A DNA stretch of 64,000 nucleotides from Pseudomonadota bacterium (lineage in GTDB: Bacteria; Bdellovibrionota_B; Oligoflexia; Oligoflexales; RGVZ01), in contig JBEGVZ010000119.1 in the NCBI GenBank assembly GCA_041178085.1, positions 44,723 through 108,722 on the forward strand. Direction: 5' to 3'. Position 1 is the first letter of the stretch. Each line of letters starts with the position of its first letter. The notes beneath the pieces were generated by a model. The model had not been told where the DNA came from. It made no database searches and saw only the letters and a program-made list of their open reading frames with translations. The translations under genes and the position numbers were made by a program. This document shows, piece by piece, positions 10,293 through 17,353 of the stretch.

Positions 10293-11786
10293 ATGACTCA
10301 AAAAATCCGACTGCTCGTCGCGTTGCTTGTCATCTCTGCGTGCGATGCAGATTCAGGGATGACCGGACGCAGCGCCCAGCCGTCTAGGGTAACAGGGAAT
10401 CCAACAACGGGTGCTCTTTGGATTGTTGACGGCGAGGAAATCAAAACCGTGGACGATGGCGTTGGGGCTTTGATCAAATTTTATGACCCAGCCCCCCAGC
10501 CACTAAACACCATGCCGCCCCGAAATCAGCCTATGACGCCGCCAAATAAGTCCATTCTGACCGTCTGCTCGTCTTCGGAAATTCCCGGGAGAATTAAAGA
10601 AAATGGACGCTGCCTTTTGACAGCAGCCCATTGCGTCCAGGAGGAGTGGGGAACTCTCACAAGAGATTTTTTTTATCGGCAACATTACTACGCCAGGTTC
10701 ATCGACGGTAAGGGCGACAACCTGGACGAGATTCAAAAGGGTCATGTCAACCGCTCAATCCGAGTCAAGCCTCACCCTTATTACCGCTTGTCCGTGCAGC
10801 AAGTCACATCCGAACCTTATTCCAACATGGACCTGGCATTGGTTTGGCAACGTCCGTATGCATGCAAGCTGGAAAAAGGTCGCGATTGGGGACACAAATG
10901 TGAAGAGAAGGATCCCAATGCAGTCAAAATTCAATGGCACCCTCTTGTGCTCGCATTTGACCGTACAAAGGAAGGACAATTGCTGGATCATGTCGGCTAC
11001 GGCAGATCCAGAATAGATGACGATGATTTCAGCACATCAGGCATTAAGAGACGCGGGCAAACAATTTTGAAAGACGTTTATGAATCCGACGTAGGTTTGG
11101 GAGCTTTCTATATTTATGGAACAATCGAAGGAAAGTCACAAATAGTCGAGAAAGGCGACAGCGGTAGTCCGATTTTAGTCAATCGGAAAGTTGTTGGTGT
11201 AGTAAGTGCGCGACATGAGGCGGGAGAGCGAGGTACCGCCCTCTTTCCGTTTCTCAACCATCAATTCGTAGCAAACGAACGAGTATTCGAGCCGGCAAAT
11301 CAGAAATGGCATTGGGGTGAAGCGGCTAAATTCTGTCGCCCAAAACCCCTCTTATCTTTGGATGTTCAGGTCTTTGCAGAGGGTTCAGATTCTGCGCAAG
11401 TCGTAACCGATTTCAATCGCGGCAACATCGACGTCGAAATTATCGACCCTGTTGAGGAATACGAGAAACGTGCCGGCACCTGTGACAAGACCGAGGAGCC
11501 AACACAACTATGTTTAGTCGATTCTGTCGTTGAGGAAATCACACTAAAAGCAAAGCCGAAGAATAACTTCCGCTTCATACGGTGGGTATCCAGAATCCCC
11601 GGCGCAGAATTATGCCCCTGTGGGAATAGCACATCGACCGAGTGTCGAATCAACACCAACAACATCTCATGGAGGCAAGAGAACGAAGGGATTCAGTGCG
11701 CTGCACAGTTTGATATTGCATCTAGTCCACCGGGATCATGCGATATCCCGTCGCTTTCTGGCACGAGATGCGGTCTCCAAGACTGA
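10293..11786 (+). CDS. secreted trypsin-like (S1 family) serine protease with a Cys-containing C-terminal extension
   Basis: A GGAGGG RBS lies 7-8 nt before the ATG at 10293. The lipoprotein-type signal is MTQKIRLLVALLVISAC. The catalytic triad context is LLTAAHCV (His), NMDLALVW (Asp) and EKGDSGSPIL (Ser). Confidence 0.85.
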   Translation: MTQKIRLLVALLVISACDADSGMTGRSAQPSRVTGNPTTGALWIVDGEEIKTVDDGVGALIKFYDPAPQPLNTMPPRNQPMTPPNKSILTVCSSSEIPGRIKENGRCLLTAAHCVQEEWGTLTRDFFYRQHYYARFIDGKGDNLDEIQKGHVNRSIRVKPHPYYRLSVQQVTSEPYSNMDLALVWQRPYACKLEKGRDWGHKCEEKDPNAVKIQWHPLVLAFDRTKEGQLLDHVGYGRSRIDDDDFSTSGIKRRGQTILKDVYESDVGLGAFYIYGTIEGKSQIVEKGDSGSPILVNRKVVGVVSARHEAGERGTALFPFLNHQFVANERVFEPANQKWHWGEAAKFCRPKPLLSLDVQVFAEGSDSAQVVTDFNRGNIDVEIIDPVEEYEKRAGTCDKTEEPTQLCLVDSVVEEITLKAKPKNNFRFIRWVSRIPGAELCPCGNSTSTECRINTNNISWRQENEGIQCAAQFDIASSPPGSCDIPSLSGTRCGLQD

Positions 11787-12051
11787 CATCTCGTTTTTTG
11801 ACCTTTGCGTTATAAACGGGATTGTAGAATTAACGAAGCACCTTGAGACCAGCTCGCGGCAATCTTCCAGGATCATGAAGGGAGAAGCTAACGGGACTTT
11901 AACAAAACTCCCTGAGGTTGCTATCATTGTAGTTAAGAGGCCGAGAGTTGTCTTTGAGGAGTTTAACCCTAAGAACAAGGTGAAAACTCGGTAGCAGTCG
12001 CCAGAGGCGGCGATTAAGTTTATATAAATCAAAAAACCAAAAATTTTCCTT

Positions 12052-12232
12052 CGCCATTCCCGGATATTCGCCGTCACTCCAAGACGAGATGCGTCATCGT
12101 CTCCCGCGGCCGATTGCAGAAAATCAAAGCGCGGCTTGGGTTCTAACGCACCGGTATTTCGGGCTTCCCCAGCTATCCAACACCGCCATCATTCGACCAA
12201 TCCCTGAGCGTCCCCATTTTTCGTAAACACTG
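12052..12232. repeat. island internal repeat, copy B (non-coding), immediately downstream of transposase remnant 1
   Basis: See copy A. The 86-nt core acgcaccggtatttcggg...cgtcccc has only 1-2 mismatches. Confidence 0.8.
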
Positions 12233-12292
12233 CCTCACCGGCACCATTTTTCAGAGCGCATACCGCCACCAATTGAGCAGAGAAATATTCCC

Positions 12293-12589
12293 AGCCTGGC
12301 GACGGCGTCTGATCCGTGCTGGCATCGACTGCAGGATCAGCGTCAAGCCCCATCAACATGGGCTTATAGTAAGACGAGGCGCATGCGGGGGATCACTGGC
12401 AAGTCCGACGTGACGCAGGTAGCGCCGCGCCTCATTCAGGTGGCAGATTGCCGCTACGACGCACAGTTCTCCGCCGCAAGTGCAGCGGGTGATGTCGATG
12501 TTAAAAACACGGGATAAAAGCCCTGATTCGCAAATCGCTATTGCGGCTATTGGGCCTATTGAAAAGAAAAAAAAATTTCCCTGTGACAT
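12293..12589 (-). pseudogene. IS91/ISCR-family (Y2 rolling-circle) transposase, 3'-terminal remnant 1
   Basis: The minus-strand translation is ...LLSRVFNIDITRCTCGGELCVVAAICHLNEARRYLRHVGLASDPPHAP. This matches my recollection of the IS91-family C-terminus (W-x-x-LL-x-RVF-x-D-x-x-x-C-x-x-CGG...HLGL...PP.AP). The catalytic N-terminal part is absent. Nucleotide homology to 14696-14905 continues past the stop. Confidence 0.55.
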
Positions 12590-12694
12590 CCATCACGAAT
12601 TGAATTCCAAGAGATGAATTTGGTTGATCTGGCGTAGCTAATCCAATATCAATCGCGCGCTTTCTTAATTAAAAAAACGTCATAAAAGGATCCG

Positions 12695-13216
12695 ATGATG
12701 AAAGCTTTCCTACGCATCCTCTCTTGTTTTGCTGTCTCCGTTAGCGTTCTAGCCTGCGGTGAAATCCGGCCCGTGGCGACCTTGTCTGAAAGCAGCGCCA
12801 TCGGAGCAAGTGCCGGCGAATTGGCCCAGAAATTGGAAGCTATCATGGAGGGGACCCTTTACTACAGTGAGGCCGACTATCCATGGACGGCTTTCCATTC
12901 TAGGGTCGCTGTCTCGAAACTTTATGGCGAAAATGAGTTGCGCCTTGCTCTTCGCGTACCAGCAGGCGCACCGATTCGAGTTTACTCAGCAAACGATACT
13001 CGTGAAATCTGGCAATCCCTGCGAGAAGATAATTCCAGCGATCCGCAAGCCGCGACCCGTTATGGAAAACTGCACTCTGTAATGCATGAAAACCTGCAGG
13101 ATGTCCGTTTTATAAAAATCGGAAAGGGAGACAGCGGCGCACTGGATTTTTTCGTCGTGGGACGCGACGCGCGCGGATTCCTGATCGGGGTGAAAACCAT
13201 CAAAGTTGAGACCTGA
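12695..13216 (+). CDS. exported NuiA-like nuclease-inhibitor family protein
   Basis: The signal/lipobox is MMKAFLRILSCFAVSVSVLAC. GTLYYSEADYPWTAF and FFVVGRDARGFLIGVKTIKVET parallel the Anabaena NuiA segments GLLFMSESEYPFEVF and VYVIGETPAGNLAGISTKVVET, which I recalled from memory. Confidence 0.6.
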   Translation: MMKAFLRILSCFAVSVSVLACGEIRPVATLSESSAIGASAGELAQKLEAIMEGTLYYSEADYPWTAFHSRVAVSKLYGENELRLALRVPAGAPIRVYSANDTREIWQSLREDNSSDPQAATRYGKLHSVMHENLQDVRFIKIGKGDSGALDFFVVGRDARGFLIGVKTIKVET

Positions 13217-13241
13217 TCCTAGTTTCCTAGAATCTTTGCCT

Positions 13242-13272
13242 AAGGCTGCCAGTTGATCCTGGCGGCCTTTTC
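13242..13272 (+). terminator. putative Rho-independent terminator after the NuiA-like gene
   Basis: The hairpin is aaggctgccag-ttgatc-ctggcggcctt (11-bp stem with one G-U), followed by tttt. Confidence 0.55.
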
Positions 13273-13601
13273 GCTATCATCGGACGAAATTCGATGTTGC
13301 CGCCTCACAGAGAAATGCCAACAGTCGTACCTACCTCATGGCCGAGTGGATAAAGGCCACGCACAAGAGTGAAAAAGGCACCATGACCGAATCCACTTTG
13401 GAGCGGTCGCCTTTCCGAATAAACCCATTTAGTTCGGGTTGTTAACCTCGTGCACGCCCTGTTTCTAGGCAAATCATTCTCGCCCTAATATTCGGTCAAA
13501 CCATCGAAATCACAGCTAAAGGCGCCATGAAGCAGCCTGGTACACGAGCTGCATCCACAGGCCAATAGTGCGAATTGACTTATCGAAGGAGAAACAAAGT
13601 C

Positions 13602-14048
13602 ATGAAAAAAATTGTTTTTGTTTTGGGCACATTAGCTGTGGCTGCATGCGGGACAAATCTAGATCAAAGCAATTTGGCGACCCAGCGTGACACAAAATCG
13701 CAAGCCAAGAAGGAAAAAATTGCAAAAATTCCGGGGCTTGTTGGCCAAGATCGACAAGGCCGGCTGGAATTCTACGGGATCGATCGTAAGGAGCAAACCA
13801 TCGCGATACGCGTACCGGTAGTCGACGGATTTTTCACCCAAACTGACATCAAAAAAATGATGGATTGCAGTGTTAAAAGGCAAACGCACGCCATCACAGT
13901 CGAAGTTCACAAGAGCACGCAAACTGGCGTACCCACTGGCATCCCAGGGGTGACGATCGAAACTCACATGCCGAAATACAAAAATATTCGCTGTGAAAAA
14001 ATGCCAGGTTTTCTCGCTGAATGGCGACTGGTAGTCAACGGCCGATAA
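13602..14048 (+). CDS. small lipoprotein (hypothetical)
   Basis: An AAGGAG RBS precedes the ATG at 13602. The signal/lipobox is MKKIVFVLGTLAVAAC. I recognise no family motif. Confidence 0.55.
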   Translation: MKKIVFVLGTLAVAACGTNLDQSNLATQRDTKSQAKKEKIAKIPGLVGQDRQGRLEFYGIDRKEQTIAIRVPVVDGFFTQTDIKKMMDCSVKRQTHAITVEVHKSTQTGVPTGIPGVTIETHMPKYKNIRCEKMPGFLAEWRLVVNGR

Positions 14049-14109
14049 AATTGCTCGCACGACAATTGAACTGAAACAAATAATCCAAATTTTTTTAGAG
14101 GAGAGATTT

Positions 14110-14523
14110 ATGCGTAGTTTTCTGGTAACAGCGATGATGGTTTCCGCGGGCGGATTTATAGCATGTAAAAGCGGTTCTCAAGGGGATCTTTCCTTTTCTG
14201 CCAATGCGGCAGACGCTTTGAAATGCAGAGCCCAAATTGAAACTGTACAAGACATCCACCTTGATAACCGAGGTAAAACCCTGCAATTGGAACCGCAGGG
14301 TGGCGAACCCTTGCTGTACGCAGCGAACGACGCGGGCATTTCATATAATGCGTCGGTCGACGACGAAGCAGGCGTGATTGATTTCCAGATTTTCGACAAG
14401 ACACCCAAGACGGGATTCAAAGCTACATCCAAAGGATTCGTTCCAGACGGCAAGTACCGGCGTAACAGCAGCAAGCTGGAAGTTACAAACTCCAAGGGCC
14501 GTTTCACGATTTATTGCGAGTAG
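14110..14523 (+). CDS. small lipoprotein (hypothetical)
   Basis: A GAGGAGAG RBS precedes the ATG at 14110. The signal/lipobox is MRSFLVTAMMVSAGGFIAC. I recognise no family motif. Confidence 0.55.
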   Translation: MRSFLVTAMMVSAGGFIACKSGSQGDLSFSANAADALKCRAQIETVQDIHLDNRGKTLQLEPQGGEPLLYAANDAGISYNASVDDEAGVIDFQIFDKTPKTGFKATSKGFVPDGKYRRNSSKLEVTNSKGRFTIYCE

Positions 14524-14695
14524 CAGTCGCTCGTCAGGGCAGGCACCAAACAGTGCCTGACCCTGGCACAGTGAAAGCCTTGACGCGCGTCGCACCAGGC
14601 CAATACCTGCGAATGATATCTTCATCTGCGGATGCCCCGAAAGAGCGCAATAAAATCGGAGCACCAGAAGCAGCGGTAACATTGATTTATTCAGG

Positions 14696-15012
14696 GCCTG
14701 GCGAGATCATCTGGTCCGTGCTGGCATCTACTGCAGAACCGGCATCAAACTCCATCACCACCGGCTTATAATGAGGCAGGACGCATGCCGGGGATCACTG
14801 GCAAGTCCGACGTGATGAAGGTAGCACCGCGCCTCATCCTGTTCACAGATTGCCACTACGGCGCGCAACTCTCCGCCACAGGCGCAGCGAGTGATGTCGA
14901 CATTAAAGACACGCGAGAGAAGATTCGCCCAGCTCGACCCATTAAGATCGTCTAGACTAGATATCTTTTCAAGAAACTCCAGCGGGATGATAAGCAGGGG
15001 GGACGTCCCATC
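14696..15012 (-). pseudogene. IS91/ISCR-family transposase, 3'-terminal remnant 2 (internally deleted); it lies about 43 nt from the right direct repeat
   Basis: The minus-strand translation is DGTSPLLIIPLEFLEKISSL..SSWANLLSRVFNVDITRCACGGELRAVVAICEQDEARCYLHHVGLASDPRHA. It is homologous to remnant 1 (12293-12510) at both DNA and protein level. It has no start codon or catalytic region of its own. Confidence 0.55.
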
Positions 15013-15055
15013 ACAGGCGATTGAAGCTTGATCTGCTGCATTTTTTGGATTTTGA

Positions 15056-15402
15056 CGGACCAGTTCCAGTTCATCATCATTACCGACAACCGCCGCACGA
15101 TGGAGGTCCTTGACACCCTCTACGGCGTGCCGATGCAAGAGCCAGGCGTCTCCAGCATCGTTGGCGTGGACATGAAGAAGGACTTGCCACCCCACTTGCG
15201 CAAGGCGTTCAAGGAAGAGGGTTCCAAAGAAGCCGTCAAGCCAGCTGCTTCGGCGGCTCCGACGACGAGGATCTCTGGCGCCACGGAAGTGGACGAGGGC
15301 GAATCCAGACCAGCTTTGTCGACGGAACCTGTAGAACTTGCCCCGGACTTTGACACGGACATCCCCGTGCCGGTCGAGGCACTGCAGGGCAAACTTGAAT
15401 AA
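15056..15402 (+). pseudogene. smc 3' fragment (last ~115 codons), duplicate of 7628-7974
   Basis: ORF 15028..15402 encodes DQFQFIIITDNRRTMEVLDTLYGVPMQEPG...ALQGKLE. It differs from the SMC C-terminus by H->D, T->P and A->E plus 6 synonymous changes. It lacks Walker A/B and the coiled coil. Confidence 0.9.
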
Positions 15403-15689
15403 AAAGAATTGCTAATCATTTCGCTCGCGCAATGATCTTTGCGTCATGGACGTAGGGAACGTTAACAGTCAGCGTCAACATCTCCATGGAAACGTCATAG
15501 GTGTATTGATCCGGGCCAAGGACAGACTCTTTTCCGTCGGCAGCGATCAGGAGCTGGTATTCGCTGGCCACATACTTGGCAGGGACCTGATAGGAGCGAA
15601 ACAGCTTCTTTGATGCAAACCCCTGCAACCACGCCAAACCCTTTGAATAGTCGGCCTCACACACTGAGGACCTGGAATCCGCTGCGCTG
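15056..15689. repeat. right copy of the 634-nt direct repeat
   Basis: See the left copy, 7628-8261. Confidence 0.9.
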
Positions 15690-17236
15690 AAAAGGATTTT
15701 AGACTCCGCTGATGGATCTACTGCGCATCCAGAGGCATTTCCTGCCCCCGTGTTGCCGATCACCGAGACTGTAAAATTTCCAGGGCCAAAAAGGTTTACG
15801 GCCCTCGTTCGCAAGAGTGCTGGTAAATCACCGGCGTTGGTCACGCCATCATAGTTTATGAATCCGCCTTTTTGCTGGCCGTACCATGTGCTGAACCATA
15901 CTTCGCCACTGAAAATGTCGTCTGGATAGACCTCCTTGAAATAATCGACAACCGATGGATAGGTCTTTCCCTGGTAAATGAACGGCGCTGGATTGATGTT
16001 ATTCCATTCGACGGGCACCGACGATCCGACCTGGTGCGACCATTGAAGCACCGTGTTGCATGTGTCGTTGTCACTCAAACGATATTTCCCGGATTGAATC
16101 TCTGCGGCGTAGGTTTGCCTGAAATACTGCAAGTAATCTGCCCTCTGTTCGGTTGTGCACGCTTCATGGGAATTCATTGGTTTCGATGGATCACAAAGTG
16201 AATTGATCTTGCACCGTTTTTGTAGCCTTTGGAGGCTAGGCTGGCGGTCGCAATAGCCGTCATTGACAGTGCTGTCGCATTTTGCCTGATAATTCATGGT
16301 CACGACGGTTTGCAAACTCCTGGCAATGGCATTGGTGTTTTGGTAGGCAAGCACGGTTTGCTTGTTGGCGTACGGACAGGGCAGTAACCTGCTTGTCTGG
16401 TCCTCATCCGAAATGATCAGGAACGCAACGCGGTCCTTGCTGGCAAAGATTTTATTCGGACCATCGTTATCCAGCATGGCTGCCATGGCGCAAAGAGGCA
16501 TCTCTTCGGGATTTCCGCGATCTCCCAGGATGATCTCTTGCTTCAGCTTCGACCGCACGGCCGCGAAATCCTGCGCCGACATGTTGTCGGTAAATTTAAG
16601 GGTCCCGTCCTGGCTGGTGAATCCGGACTGGTTGATGACGAATTTTGTCATGGCCTCTTCCGGGACGAAATCGAGCTCGTTGGAAGTTGCCGTGATCCAG
16701 ATGCCACCCTTCCTGACCGTCGGGATGAAGGCAAGGGACGGTTTCAATGTGTCAGAAAGGATCTCGGAATAGTGAAGTCCAGGCCAGGTTGCGAAGGTGT
16801 TACCCAGGGGAAGATGCTTCAGGACATAATTGTTCAGGTAATTTGTCCCAAAAAACTTGAAGGTCCGGTTGAAGATTGATGAAGAGTAAAGATAAACGGT
16901 CACATTCTTACCGCGGACGCTTTCCATGGCTGAATCAAGGGCCTTCGCCAAGAGCTGTTGCTTCGGCACCATGGACGAAGAGTCGTCAACAATCAGGACC
17001 AGCTTCAAGGGCTCTGACGTGTCATCAAAGCGCAAGTTCAGGGCAAAATCTGGCGCCTTCGCCGGGGCAACTTGCGGACGGTCAAGCGGGCGCCCCGTTA
17101 TCGCGCTTTCGGTCTGTTGGACGATTGCATGATTGTCGGGGCCGTTTGAGTCCGTAATGCCTGAAAACTTAGCGATGCGAGAACAGGCTGTCGTCGCCAG
17201 CAGGCTGGCGATCGGAATTAAGAACTCGAATCGCAT
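15416..17236 (-). CDS. vWA-domain lipoprotein (hypothetical)
   Basis: The start at ATG 17236 gives the signal/lipobox MRFEFLIPIASLLATTAC. The MIDAS-like motif is LVLIVDDSSSM (DxSxS). The CEADYS motif is shared with the paralog at 37189..39354. Confidence 0.65.
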   Translation of the reverse strand: MRFEFLIPIASLLATTACSRIAKFSGITDSNGPDNHAIVQQTESAITGRPLDRPQVAPAKAPDFALNLRFDDTSEPLKLVLIVDDSSSMVPKQQLLAKALDSAMESVRGKNVTVYLYSSSIFNRTFKFFGTNYLNNYVLKHLPLGNTFATWPGLHYSEILSDTLKPSLAFIPTVRKGGIWITATSNELDFVPEEAMTKFVINQSGFTSQDGTLKFTDNMSAQDFAAVRSKLKQEIILGDRGNPEEMPLCAMAAMLDNDGPNKIFASKDRVAFLIISDEDQTSRLLPCPYANKQTVLAYQNTNAIARSLQTVVTMNYQAKCDSTVNDGYCDRQPSLQRLQKRCKINSLCDPSKPMNSHEACTTEQRADYLQYFRQTYAAEIQSGKYRLSDNDTCNTVLQWSHQVGSSVPVEWNNINPAPFIYQGKTYPSVVDYFKEVYPDDIFSGEVWFSTWYGQQKGGFINYDGVTNAGDLPALLRTRAVNLFGPGNFTVSVIGNTGAGNASGCAVDPSAESKILFSAADSRSSVCEADYSKGLAWLQGFASKKLFRSYQVPAKYVASEYQLLIAADGKESVLGPDQYTYDVSMEMLTLTVNVPYVHDAKIIARAK

Positions 17237-17353
17237 CCGGAATTTTAGGCTTCCTCTCAGCATGTAACGGAGTATCGGATCCGGGGCGACCGATGCTTAC
17301 GGGTAATTCGGCTTTACGATTAACCATCCATTATCATTGATGATATTAGACCA

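Larger units (their letters stand above)
8262..15055. mobile_element. AT-richer genomic island of about 6.8 kb between the 634-nt direct repeats, with transposase debris and an all-exported-protein cargo
   Basis: Island 60-nt lines count 42-50% GC, versus about 60% in smc. The island has long non-coding gaps, two internal repeat families and two IS91-like transposase remnants. It is bounded exactly by the repeat edges. Confidence 0.75.

Noticed and set aside
11620-12077. ORFs 11620..11994 (+) and 11736..12077 (-), downstream of and overlapping the protease 3' end.
   Set aside because: The first overlaps the protease coding frame. Neither has a signal, an RBS or a motif. This is AT-richer non-coding island DNA.
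13339-13359. The hairpin tggcc-gagtggataaa-ggcca, which resembles a class II tRNA D-arm.
   Set aside because: Flanking sequence cannot be folded into acceptor, anticodon and T arms, and there is no GTTCRANNC T-loop. It is not a tRNA, though it could be a tRNA-fragment relic.
9689-14905. Whether the repeats within the island form a CRISPR array.
   Set aside because: There are only two copies of each repeat, each 180-300 nt long and separated by kilobases containing genes. There is no short regular repeat-spacer periodicity and there are no cas genes.
14755-15195. A 146-aa minus-strand ORF spanning the junction between the island and the right repeat.
   Set aside because: It is a chimeric reading frame. 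Its N-terminal third is antisense smc (identical to shadow ORF 7510..7767) and the rest is the transposase remnant. It is not a genuine gene.
15028-15402. A 124-aa ORF that could be annotated as a small independent gene.
   Set aside because: It is a 3' duplicate of smc (the last ~115 codons) created by the island-flanking repeat, so I called it a pseudogene fragment. Expression is not excluded.
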